A stretch of 64,000 nucleotides of DNA, taken from Candidatus Uhrbacteria bacterium. GTDB lineage: Bacteria > Patescibacteriota > Patescibacteriia > UBA9934. Numbering within the stretch: position 1 is the stretch's first letter; every line of letters starts with the position of its first letter. Both the position numbers and the translations under genes were made by a program. Positions 55,734 through 64,000 of the stretch are shown one piece after another. The notes beneath the pieces were generated by a model. That model saw nothing but the letters and a program-made list of their open reading frames with translations, had not been told where the DNA came from and searched no databases. The stretch covers positions 23,296 to 87,295 of the forward strand of contig CAWGHH010000001.1 in NCBI GenBank assembly GCA_963822405.1. Direction: 5' to 3'.

Positions 55734-56867
55734 GTGAAACTCTCCTGTACAAGAGAAAACATTCATCAGGGACTGACCATCGTGAGTCATATAAGTGGGA
55801 AGAGTGCCAACCTGCCAATCTTGAATAACGTTCTACTGAGAGCAGATGTGGCCGGACTCAAGCTAACGGCGACTAACCTGGACATGACCGTTACTTGTTC
55901 TGTTAGAAGTAAGGTCGATCAACCAGGCGAATACACCGTTCCCGCCAAATTAATCGCTGATTACGTTTCGTTGCTACCGGACGAACGGGTGGATTTGGAT
56001 CTTTTGGATGCAACCCTCTCGGTTGTGTGTGGAACGTCGAAGACAAAGATCAATGGTTTGGCGCCTAGCGAGTTTCCTTTGGTGCCTTCAGTGACTGGTG
56101 GGGTGAAATTCACCGTTCCTGTAGCTCCGTTTGATGCCGCGCTGGCCCAGACACTCTTTTCTGTATCGACTAGTGAGGCCAGACAGGTTTTGACTGGTGC
56201 TTATCTCGAGTTCGACGGCAATAAAAAGATTCTGACTATTGCCGCCACGGATTCCTACAGACTTGGCGAGCGCCAGATAACCCTAACTGGGGATATCATG
56301 GGGGAAAGAAAGGTAGTTGTCCCCAGCAGAACTTTAGCTGAACTTCGCCGTATCTTTGGAGTCTTGCGTGACGCCGTCGAAATCCCGGAAACACTCGAAA
56401 TCGAAATCACGGACAATCAAGTTGCTTTCCGCTATGGGAGCGTCGAGCTCTCGAGCAGGACGATCGACGGAGTTTATCCCGACTATCGACAGATTATCCC
56501 CAAGACAAGCGCCACCGAGATCATTGTAAATAAGGCGGTATTCGGCCAGGCTGTTCGTCGCGCTAGCTTATTCTCTAAGGCCGGGCTGTTCGATGTGAAG
56601 CTCGAGGTTAAGGCTGGCGTGAACGAGATCGTGCTTTCGGCAACTGATGCTGGTCGCGGAGACCACACCGTTGCAGTCGAAGGAGAAGTAACCGGAATCG
56701 ATAACTCGGTAACCCTGAACTTCCGCTATTTACTCGACGGCATCAACGCGATGACGAGCGAAAAAGTAATCGTGAAGATCATTGATGCTACAAATCCTTG
56801 TCTGCTAGTTCCGTACGAACAACCAGACGAGAAATACCTGTACATCGTGATGCCAATTAGGCAGTAA
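55734..56867 (+). CDS. dnaN: DNA polymerase III beta sliding clamp
   Basis: GTG start; 377 aa; three-domain clamp with LLRADVAGLKLTATNLDM, GAYLEFDGNKKILTIAATDSYRL and C-terminal LVPYEQPDEKYLYIVMPIR. Confidence 0.9.
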   Translation: MKLSCTRENIHQGLTIVSHISGKSANLPILNNVLLRADVAGLKLTATNLDMTVTCSVRSKVDQPGEYTVPAKLIADYVSLLPDERVDLDLLDATLSVVCGTSKTKINGLAPSEFPLVPSVTGGVKFTVPVAPFDAALAQTLFSVSTSEARQVLTGAYLEFDGNKKILTIAATDSYRLGERQITLTGDIMGERKVVVPSRTLAELRRIFGVLRDAVEIPETLEIEITDNQVAFRYGSVELSSRTIDGVYPDYRQIIPKTSATEIIVNKAVFGQAVRRASLFSKAGLFDVKLEVKAGVNEIVLSATDAGRGDHTVAVEGEVTGIDNSVTLNFRYLLDGINAMTSEKVIVKIIDATNPCLLVPYEQPDEKYLYIVMPIRQ

Positions 56868-56903
56868 TCAATCATAAAATCCCGGTTTCCCGGGATTTTA
56901 TAT

Positions 56904-57473
56904 TTACTTTGTTTTGTAGACTACGATCTTTACTGTCTTGCGACCAAAGTGGCGCGCGGCAGAGAGATCATCCATCCAGATGTCCATATTGTTCTTGTAG
57001 CGCGTATTCATACGGTCTTCGACAATGAAGACCTTATCACCGAAAAGTTCCGGCATTTTGATACGAGTACCGAACGGGATCTGGTTAGTGGCAACCACAC
57101 CGTCACGCACGTGCGTCTGGGACGCAGTGATGAACGGGGTAGAGTCACATTCCTCAACACGGGACGTGTAGGCAGAAACCTGCATATAGCGGATTGCTAC
57201 ACCTTCACGGTCCTTGTTTTCAGGAAGAACACCGTAATCCTTGGTTTCATTCTGCATGGCAGACACCTGAAGGGCTACGGTTTTATCCGCAAATGCCCCA
57301 AGGTTTGTGGTAGCGTCTACGCTTAACGGCAGGGCAAAATAGCCAAGCGCCAAGACCATAACGGCTACTACACCGGATTCAACCGGGGATGCCTTGATGT
57401 AGGTAGGAATGTTGCGGATAGTGTTGATCATAAGACGTCTATAATAGCAGAAAATGAGCTTTCTGTCAAGCAA
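56904..57473 (-). CDS. 3D-domain protein (MltA/YuiC-like cell-wall-binding or lytic domain) with an N-terminal membrane anchor
   Basis: C-terminal YTSRVEECDSTPFITASQTHVRDGVVATNQIPFGTRIKMPELFGDKVFIVEDRMNTRYKNNMDIWM matches the 3D (three-Asp) domain. Confidence 0.55.
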   Translation of the reverse strand: MLDRKLIFCYYRRLMINTIRNIPTYIKASPVESGVVAVMVLALGYFALPLSVDATTNLGAFADKTVALQVSAMQNETKDYGVLPENKDREGVAIRYMQVSAYTSRVEECDSTPFITASQTHVRDGVVATNQIPFGTRIKMPELFGDKVFIVEDRMNTRYKNNMDIWMDDLSAARHFGRKTVKIVVYKTK

Positions 57474-57570
57474 AAAAGCCTATTTTATAGCTAAGATTAG
57501 CCAAAGTATAAGGGCGGTCTTTTGTCGAAAACTCACAGCTCGGGTATGATATCCGGCAAGACCGATCTTT

Positions 57571-60456
57571 ATGCATAAATATTCCCAGGGACAGTTAAAA
57601 AACGGCCTCAAGGGCATTGCGGACAGACTCAAGAGGGGCTGGCGAGGAATGAACAAAAAAACGCTCCTGAAAAACCTATTTTTAGCCTGTTTAGCCTTTG
57701 GCCTTTTTTGCATTATCCTCGTTGCTGGCACTTTCGCTTGGTATGCAAAGGATTTGCCCAATCCGAACGGCTTGGCGAGTCGCCAGGTGTCACAATCAAC
57801 TAAGATTTATGACCGTACTGGGACTCATTTGCTGTATCAGATTGCTTTGAACGGCAAGCGTACACTAGTCACCATCGACCAAATACCGGCGTACGTTAAG
57901 AACGCAACTATTACCGCCGAAGATAGAACTTTCTACGAGCACGGCGGATTTAGTCTTCGCGGATATGTACGTATTGCCTGGCATTATCTCTTGTCGTTTG
58001 GTCGAGTTAAAGAGGGTGCTTCGACCATCACTCAACAGCTAGTAAAGAACACCATTCTTTCAAACGAAGTGACAATTTCTAGAAAACTCAAAGAGCTCAT
58101 CTTGTCAGTCGCGCTTGAGCGAATGTATACCAAAGACCAGATTTTGCAGATGTATTTAAACGAGATCGCCTACGGTTCGGCAAACTACGGCATTGAGGCA
58201 GCTTCTGAACAATACTTTGGTAAGCAAGCCAAGGATCTGACCCTTGCTCAAAGCGCAACATTAGCGGCTATTCCACAGAGACCGAATGCATTTATTAACC
58301 ATCCAGACTTGCTTAAGGAGCGTCGCGATTGGATTTTGAATGGCATGGTGGACGAGGGGTACGCAACTCGGGAAGAAGCTGACGCCGCGCTCAAAGAAGA
58401 GACGCCGGTGAATACAGTTGTTAGCAATTTAACGGTTGCGCCTCACTTTGTTCTTTGGGTGAAGGGGTTGCTTGAAGATAAATACTCGCCTCGACTTGTG
58501 GAGACGGGTGGTTTGAAGATCATCACTACACTCGACTATGACAAGGAGGTGTTGGCCGAAAAAGCAGTGAAAGACGGAGTAGATACAAACGGCAAGCTAT
58601 ATAATTTCTCTGATGCCGGGTTGCTGTCGCTCGACCCAAAAACCGGCCAGATCCTGGCCATGGTTGGCTCGCCAGACTTTAATAACGTTGAAAATGACGG
58701 ACAGGTCAACGTAACTATTCAGCCTCTTCAGCCTGGTTCAAGCATTAAGCCGATCGTTTACGCCGCGGCGTTTGAGAAGGGCTACACGCCAAACACCTTG
58801 GTTTGGGATGACCTAACTACATTCCAAACACCCACCGGTCCATATAGCCCAAAAAACTACGACATACATAATCAGGAACGAGGCCTCATTTCACTTCGTA
58901 AAGCGCTGCAGGGTTCGTTAAACATCCCGGCGGTTAAGGTTTTGTATCTAGTCGGTATCGATAACGCTGTTCGATTTGCGAACAGACTTGGATATTCAAC
59001 CCTTGATCCCGCGAAAACTGGTTTGTCGATGGTACTTGGAGGTGCAGAGGTGAAGATGACGGAGCATGCCGCTGCCTACGCGGTCTTTGCGAACGGCGGA
59101 ACGTATCACGAACCAACGGGAATTCTGCGCGTCGAGAACCCAGACGGCTCTGTGCTTGAAGAGTGGAAGGATGAGGAGCACCAAGGAGAACGTGTTATCG
59201 ACTCGAACTTGGCTGCGACGATCAGTAATGTTTTATCTGACAATGACGCTCGATCTTATGTTTTCGGCTCTAATAATTGGCTGGTAGTTACTGGTCGATC
59301 AGTTGCCGCCAAAACCGGAACGACTAACGAATACAAAGACGCTTGGACAATGGGTTACACCCCTTCACTCGTAGCTGGCGTGTGGGTTGGAAATGCGGAC
59401 GGCACGAAGATGAAGCGAGCTGACGGTTCGCAGGTAGCGGCGCCAATCTGGAATGCGTACATGAAGGGCGCGTTAAATGGCACGCCCGTGGAGGCATTTC
59501 CGAAGGCGGATATTCCTCTTACCGGCAAAGACATACTGGATGGAAAAATGGCTGGTACGCCGGTGACGATAGATACGGCTAGCGGAAAACTCGCGACCGA
59601 GCTAACTCCAGATCGTTTCCGTAAAGAAGTTTTGTGCGGTTCGTATCACGACATTTTACAGTTCGTTGATAAGGATAATCCGACCGGACCGGTTCCAGAA
59701 CATCCAGAAAAAGATCCAAACTATAAAGTTTGGGAAGCTAATCTTCTCGACTACATCGCTAGACATAACGCCGATCTAAAAGATGGCGAGAAGCCACTTG
59801 AGAACTGCACCGCGCCAACAGAATATGACGATGTGCATACGCTAGCTAACAAGCCGGGAATGTCCATGATGTTCCCCTTGAATGATTATTCCGTAGGGCG
59901 ATCATTCGCTACGCAGATAGCGGTCGAACTACACAGATCGTTCTCCAGAATTGAATACACGGTGGACGGTGTCTATGTTGCGACTTCGTTTTCAACTAGC
60001 GGCGCAACGATAGTCCTGCCAGGCTGGGTTCAGCAGGGAAGTCATTCGTTCGCGGCTACAGTTTATGACGACGTAGATAACAACTCGACCGCGACGGCAA
60101 TTATCAATGTGCTCGACGCGGGTAGCCAAGGCTCTTTCACGATCACAAATCCATTCAACGGACAGACGATCGAAAAGTCCTTTCCAACATATGCCGTGGT
60201 CGTTGAGGTGCCTCACGCGAGCGATTACACTGCGCTCATAGTTACCGCGCGTAATATCTGGACTGGAGCAACTGTTCCAGTCGGGACCATCTCTTCGCCA
60301 CCTTCTATTGCGTCGATCGGCTGGACATTGCCAGCCCCTGGTGACTACACTCTGGAGGCAGAGGCAATTAGCGCGACAGGACAAACCCTCACCGCAACCC
60401 CAGTGAAAGTGCTTGTCCGTGATCCGCTACCGACGTCGATAGTACCTACCCCGTAA
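57571..60456 (+). CDS. mrcA: Class A penicillin-binding protein (PBP1A: glycosyltransferase plus transpeptidase) with an extra C-terminal beta-rich domain
   Basis: The likely start is MNKKTLLKNLF at about 57649, followed by a TM anchor. GT51 motifs (EDRTFYEHGG; GASTITQQLVKN; RKLKELIL). Transpeptidase motifs (SIKP; SLN; KTGTT). About 230 extra C-terminal residues. Confidence 0.85.
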   Translation: MHKYSQGQLKNGLKGIADRLKRGWRGMNKKTLLKNLFLACLAFGLFCIILVAGTFAWYAKDLPNPNGLASRQVSQSTKIYDRTGTHLLYQIALNGKRTLVTIDQIPAYVKNATITAEDRTFYEHGGFSLRGYVRIAWHYLLSFGRVKEGASTITQQLVKNTILSNEVTISRKLKELILSVALERMYTKDQILQMYLNEIAYGSANYGIEAASEQYFGKQAKDLTLAQSATLAAIPQRPNAFINHPDLLKERRDWILNGMVDEGYATREEADAALKEETPVNTVVSNLTVAPHFVLWVKGLLEDKYSPRLVETGGLKIITTLDYDKEVLAEKAVKDGVDTNGKLYNFSDAGLLSLDPKTGQILAMVGSPDFNNVENDGQVNVTIQPLQPGSSIKPIVYAAAFEKGYTPNTLVWDDLTTFQTPTGPYSPKNYDIHNQERGLISLRKALQGSLNIPAVKVLYLVGIDNAVRFANRLGYSTLDPAKTGLSMVLGGAEVKMTEHAAAYAVFANGGTYHEPTGILRVENPDGSVLEEWKDEEHQGERVIDSNLAATISNVLSDNDARSYVFGSNNWLVVTGRSVAAKTGTTNEYKDAWTMGYTPSLVAGVWVGNADGTKMKRADGSQVAAPIWNAYMKGALNGTPVEAFPKADIPLTGKDILDGKMAGTPVTIDTASGKLATELTPDRFRKEVLCGSYHDILQFVDKDNPTGPVPEHPEKDPNYKVWEANLLDYIARHNADLKDGEKPLENCTAPTEYDDVHTLANKPGMSMMFPLNDYSVGRSFATQIAVELHRSFSRIEYTVDGVYVATSFSTSGATIVLPGWVQQGSHSFAATVYDDVDNNSTATAIINVLDAGSQGSFTITNPFNGQTIEKSFPTYAVVVEVPHASDYTALIVTARNIWTGATVPVGTISSPPSIASIGWTLPAPGDYTLEAEAISATGQTLTATPVKVLVRDPLPTSIVPTP

Positions 60457-60463
60457 CCAGCGT

Positions 60464-60486
60464 AAGGGTTTGGCGATGCCAAACCC
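60464..60486 (+). terminator. Palindromic terminator element AAGGGTTTGGCGATGCCAAACCC (second copy of the 42300 element)
   Basis: Perfect hairpin 8 nt after the PBP1A stop. Confidence 0.45.
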
Positions 60487-60500
60487 ACAACACCAAACAT

Positions 60501-61058
60501 ATGAAAAAACTGCTGATTGGATTGATTGGAATAATGCTTGTTGGTGCCGGCTGTATCCCTGTTGCCAATAAACCTGTAGAGGGAAAATGGCAGCTGGCCT
60601 TTGATCTACCATCTGGTTGGATAATGGTCGAGCCATATGATGTGCCGAGCGAAGGCAAAATCAAGCCTCTCAACGAAGGCGTACGACGAGATGATTCAGA
60701 GGTGTATCTGCAGAGCTCAAACACGCCAATTTGTCTCACAACTGGGGGCGCGTGTGCCGAAGGCTCAATTGTGAACACGGGCAACTTAATTTACGTTACG
60801 ATTCTTGACCCGCACAGAAGTTTTGACGCTAGCAAGCTAACGGATCTGAAGAATGGTTTTTACTTGAAGCCAGCCCCAGCTGAGCCTACAGGTGGTCCAG
60901 CGGCCATAGCTCGTGAAATGTATTATCTAAAGACAGATAAGGGCGTCTATCAGTTTGAATACATGGGTGACGCAAACACCATCAAAAATATTATTCTGTC
61001 TGCTAAGTTAGTTGCTCACTTTACAGACGTTCCAGTTGTTGAAGTGCAGACGAAGTAG
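60501..61058 (+). CDS. Putative lipoprotein
   Basis: Signal peptide with lipobox LVGAGC. Confidence 0.5.
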   Translation: MKKLLIGLIGIMLVGAGCIPVANKPVEGKWQLAFDLPSGWIMVEPYDVPSEGKIKPLNEGVRRDDSEVYLQSSNTPICLTTGGACAEGSIVNTGNLIYVTILDPHRSFDASKLTDLKNGFYLKPAPAEPTGGPAAIAREMYYLKTDKGVYQFEYMGDANTIKNIILSAKLVAHFTDVPVVEVQTK

Positions 61059-61061
61059 CCA

Positions 61062-61126
61062 CAAAACAAAACACCCGTGTTGCTTCGAAAATGGAGTCGG
61101 ATTACCTCCTGGCATTTTCTCAGCAA
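61062..61126. terminator. Long perfect hairpin, a bidirectional terminator
   Basis: aacaaaacacccgtgttgc-N27-gcaacacgggtgttttgttttg. Confidence 0.5.
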
Positions 61127-61152
61127 CACGGGTGTTTTGTTTTGTATTTTGA

Positions 61153-61228
61153 TGGAGGCCGCGGCCGGGGTTGAACCGGCGCATAGAGGTTTTGCAGACC
61201 ACCGCGTTAACCACTTCGCCACGCGGCC
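61153..61228 (-). tRNA. tRNA-Cys (anticodon GCA)
   Basis: The reverse complement is GGCCGCG TG GCG AAGTGGTTAA CGC G GTGGT CTGCAAA ACCTC TATGC GCCGG TTCAACC CCGGC CGCGGCC U CCA. U73 is the discriminator, a Cys identity element. Confidence 0.75.
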
Positions 61229-61254
61229 ACGAACGAAAAGAAATGTAGCAGATA

Positions 61255-63081
61255 GTGCGCTATAATTCAACCGTTATGCCGAACAAGGAGGAGAAGTCTT
61301 TCGGCTGGAGGGATGCGTGGGGGATGCTTTCGGGTTCCTTCAGGGGGCCCGGCGGTTATTACGCCGGGGTTTTGTTGTTGATATTTATCGCTGCGGTTGG
61401 GCAGGTCGCGGAGCCTCTTTTGTATGGCAAGATCGTCGACGGCATTGTTAGTGCCGTAGCCGTAAATGGCTTGTCGAGTTTGGTCCAGGATCTGACTTAC
61501 TTTGTCCTTCTGTGGGCCGTCGCTGCCATTCTTGGCTCGGCCGCTAAAGAATTTAGTCAGTGGCTAAGCTTCAAAGCTGGCAATAAAGTTTGGGATCAAT
61601 TTTCAAGTTTCGCCCTAAAAAGAATTCTCGATTGGGATCCTGAGCGTTTTGGTCGAGTGTCCCTAGGCGCGCTCGCGAAGAGGCTCGATCGTGCCGGCGA
61701 GGCTTCTTGGGAAGTGGCGGCTCGTACAGTTGTTGACGTTGTGCCGACGATTATTACTTTCGTCGTATTTTTCATTGTCGGTCTGGTTCTCGATTGGCGC
61801 ATGACCTTGGTTTCTTTGGCGACTGTACCGATTCTTTTCGGTCTCACATTCTTTGCTTACAAGTGGGCAGACAAGCGGCAGGAACAGCTAAACGAAGCCT
61901 GGGAGGAGGTTTCACGCAAGCTGTATGAAATCGTGGCGAACATCATTCCGATTAAGGCATTCGTGGCAGAGCGTCGAATGTTGCGCGAATACAACACATT
62001 GGTCGACGTCGGGTTAGCTCGACAAACAAAACTGAATACAGTTTGGACCACGCTCGACTTTTTGAACTCGGCGACTCGGTTCGTGGCGCGGTTTCTCACT
62101 CTTGGTGCCGGTATTTTGTTCATATCGCAGGGCACGTTGACGCTTGGTGTGCTCGTCGCCTTTCTCGGCATGATGTCTTACATCTTGGCGCCGTTCGACT
62201 ACTTGCTCGCGAATATTCTGCGCCGATCAAGCGAGGCGAAGAGCGCATTTTCACGTTTGCACGACGATTGGTACGCCGAAAGGAAAGTCGCCGAGATTGC
62301 TAAACCAAAACATCTCAAAGATTTGAAGGGCGAGTTAGTTTTCGACAAAATTTCTTATCGCTACAAGGGCTCTTCGAATGATGTCTTATCGAACGTTTCC
62401 CTTCACGTTAAGGCCGGAACAAGCTTAGCCATTGTCGGTCCTTCGGGCGGCGGCAAGAGCACGCTTGTGCGCATGATTAACCGTTTCCTCGATCCGACTT
62501 CGGGAGCACTTTACCTCGACGGTATCAATGTGAAGGACGCTGACATCGATGAACTTCGTCGTTCCGTTGGCGTCGTGCATCAGGACACGGTGATGTTCAA
62601 CGAGAGCATTTTCGAAAACATTAAATTCGCAAAGCCTTCCGCAACAAAGGATGATGTTATTGCCGCATGTAAAAAAGCACAGGCGCATGAGTTTATTACT
62701 CGAATGACGAACGGCTACGACACCATCGTCGGCGAACGAGGCGCACGATTATCCGGTGGCGAACGCCAGCGTCTTGCCCTTGCCCGCGTGTTCCTCGCCG
62801 ACGCGCCGATCCTCATCCTTGACGAGTCAACGAGCGCGCTCGACTCAGAAACCGAAGCAAAATTACAAACCGCGCTGACCTCGGCCATGAAAGGCAGAAC
62901 AACCGTCATCATTGCGCATAGACTCTCGACCGTTTACATGGCGGAACAAATCGCCGTTATCGAAAGGGAAGTGTCGTTGAACTCGGAACGCATGATGAGT
63001 TGCTCGCAGAGGGAGGGTTGTATGAGAAGCTTTGGAGATTGCAGAGCGGGGGATACTTGCCGGAGTAGCACGTCATTTTGA
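61255..63081 (+). CDS. ABC exporter, fused permease-ATPase (MsbA/multidrug type); 3' end frameshifted
   Basis: Six-TM N-terminal domain. Walker [11 protein letters not shown]-loop, signature [13 protein letters not shown], Walker B ILILDES, H-loop IAHRLS. The last roughly 35 codons of the tracked frame are junk; the authentic C-terminus ([34 protein letters not shown], stop at 63066-63068) is in the -1 frame. Confidence 0.8.
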   Translation: MRYNSTVMPNKEEKSFGWRDAWGMLSGSFRGPGGYYAGVLLLIFIAAVGQVAEPLLYGKIVDGIVSAVAVNGLSSLVQDLTYFVLLWAVAAILGSAAKEFSQWLSFKAGNKVWDQFSSFALKRILDWDPERFGRVSLGALAKRLDRAGEASWEVAARTVVDVVPTIITFVVFFIVGLVLDWRMTLVSLATVPILFGLTFFAYKWADKRQEQLNEAWEEVSRKLYEIVANIIPIKAFVAERRMLREYNTLVDVGLARQTKLNTVWTTLDFLNSATRFVARFLTLGAGILFISQGTLTLGVLVAFLGMMSYILAPFDYLLANILRRSSEAKSAFSRLHDDWYAERKVAEIAKPKHLKDLKGELVFDKISYRYKGSSNDVLSNVSLHVKAGTSLAIVGPSGGGKSTLVRMINRFLDPTSGALYLDGINVKDADIDELRRSVGVVHQDTVMFNESIFENIKFAKPSATKDDVIAACKKAQAHEFITRMTNGYDTIVGERGARLSGGERQRLALARVFLADAPILILDESTSALDSETEAKLQTALTSAMKGRTTVIIAHRLSTVYMAEQIAVIEREVSLNSERMMSCSQREGCMRSFGDCRAGDTCRSSTSF

Positions 63082-63092
63082 TCCTCCCCCCT

Positions 63093-63120
63093 TACCCCCT
63101 CCACTTCGTGGAGGGGGAGA
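63093..63120 (+). terminator. Hairpin cccctccac-ttcg-tggagggg downstream of the ABC exporter
   Basis: 9-bp GC-rich stem with a tetraloop; only a weak T-run follows. Confidence 0.3.
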
Positions 63121-63229
63121 AGTGCATCGGCCCCCGAGCGTAGGTGAGGGGGCTAGAGGTGGTGGATTGGACTTTTTATTAATATCGCAGTAATATTTTC
63201 GGTCCACAAACTTATAGCTTGGAGGGGAA

Positions 63230-64000
63230 ATGGACAGGAGGAATAGGGGCTGGATCACTGTCGCAACGTTTGTGCTCGGTTTATTCGCGGTGCTTTGGTT
63301 ATCTGTTACTGATAGCCGAAAGATCGGGAGTCCGATGGTCGAACGGGCGCCGGATTTGCCTAAAACTGCGGAGAACGCAAATAAGCCGAGGCCGGTTGTG
63401 CGGGAATCGGTCGGGATCAATGTCCAGATGTTGGCGGTAGAAGGAGAAGTGGTGGTGCGTACGCCAGAGCAGGTTAGGTTGGCCGCGTTCGTAGATGAGG
63501 TGCTCACGCCGTTGGCGTCAGAGATTGCCTCCAGTTATCCGATTGATAGTTTGCGCGCTGAGTTCAGAAGTGTGCTCATCAATAAAGTGCAGATGAGCTG
63601 GGTATTGAGTAATTACGTTTTGAGCGCGGATGTCATGGCTCGGTGTGTTGGCCCGGGAGCCGGTCACGGCGAGATTGAAGTCTACATTCCCAAAATGGAA
63701 CGGGAATATAGGAACCTGGATCGCGATACCTTCACCGATATCTTTGTTGCAGTGCTTTTGCACGAGTATCGGCACTTCCAAACCGCGGGGTGTAGTAAAG
63801 ACAGGGCAAGGGAGTCGGCCGACCAGAATGAGTCTGAAACTTGGTGGTGGGAGTGCGATCACGTATTTGCTCAGATGCGGGCGCACGGTCGCCTGCAAAA
63901 TCTGCCACCAACCAATGGCTCGGCTCATGGTCTCGCGGCATATGACGCTTCTCACGGCGACATAAACGCTCCCGAGTGGAAAGCGTTCATGGACGCGAAG
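63230..64000 (+). CDS. Membrane-anchored protein with an HEXXH motif (putative zinc metallopeptidase-like); 3' end beyond the window
   Basis: Missing from the ORF track because no stop occurs within the window. The RBS ggagggg precedes the ATG. MDRRNRGWITVATFVLGLFAVLWL TM segment, then VAVLLHEYRHF (HEXXH). The frame is open to position 64000. Confidence 0.4.
   Translation, partial: MDRRNRGWITVATFVLGLFAVLWLSVTDSRKIGSPMVERAPDLPKTAENANKPRPVVRESVGINVQMLAVEGEVVVRTPEQVRLAAFVDEVLTPLASEIASSYPIDSLRAEFRSVLINKVQMSWVLSNYVLSADVMARCVGPGAGHGEIEVYIPKMEREYRNLDRDTFTDIFVAVLLHEYRHFQTAGCSKDRARESADQNESETWWWECDHVFAQMRAHGRLQNLPPTNGSAHGLAAYDASHGDINAPEWKAFMDAK

Noticed and set aside
57480-57761. 93-aa minus-strand ORF upstream of the PBP1A gene.
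   Set aside because: It overlaps the probable 5' leader and true start of the PBP1A gene (MNKKTLL at about 57649). It has no support.

Overview
This 64-kb window looks like chromosomal DNA from a small-genome bacterium, possibly a Patescibacteria/CPR-type lineage. GC is roughly 50% and the standard genetic code applies: long ORFs such as polA, the PBP1A gene and a 1674-aa ORF contain no internal stops.

The window spans the replication origin. The genes rpmH, rnpA and yidD lie on the minus strand, followed by dnaA, an intergenic oriC with DnaA boxes and an AT-rich unwinding element, then dnaN.

Housekeeping content:
- rpsF-ssb-rpsR plus the 5' part of an EpmA-like gene
- ychF, rmuC, rpsT, holA, polA, rpsO and pnp
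- lspA, comM/yifB, a split trigger factor, nfo and a PBP1A gene
- an MsbA-like ABC exporter
- six tRNAs: Ala-CGC, Arg-CCU, Arg-UCU, His-GUG with an encoded G-1, and Cys-GCA

Main accessory content:
- **Surface-protein operon (6354-19041, minus strand):** six genes in a single direction. It runs from two small secreted proteins, through 816-aa and 1674-aa repeat-rich surface proteins, to an O-antigen-ligase-like/TPR membrane protein and a hypothetical protein. A second cluster of DnaA boxes and an inverted repeat sit immediately upstream.
- **Helicase with tandem repeats (21493-23658):** an SF2 helicase carrying five C-terminal tandem repeats, with a 152-bp perfect direct repeat inside the coding sequence.
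- **GC-rich island (about 33.1-38.9 kb):** it encodes a SAMHD1/dGTPase-like HD phosphohydrolase, a DinD/Bro-N protein, a XerC/D-type recombinase and small ORFs.
- **Other accessory items:** tandem guanylate-kinase-like paralogs, a HicAB pair, and an approximately 350-nt ORF-free structured segment at 43.7-44.1 kb that may be an ncRNA.
- **Broken ORFs:** an in-frame TGA in tig, frameshifts in a geranylgeranyl-reductase-like gene and at the 3' end of the ABC exporter, and a decayed Bro-N gene. These indicate either assembly errors or ongoing gene decay.

No CRISPR array, rRNA or clear IS element was seen.
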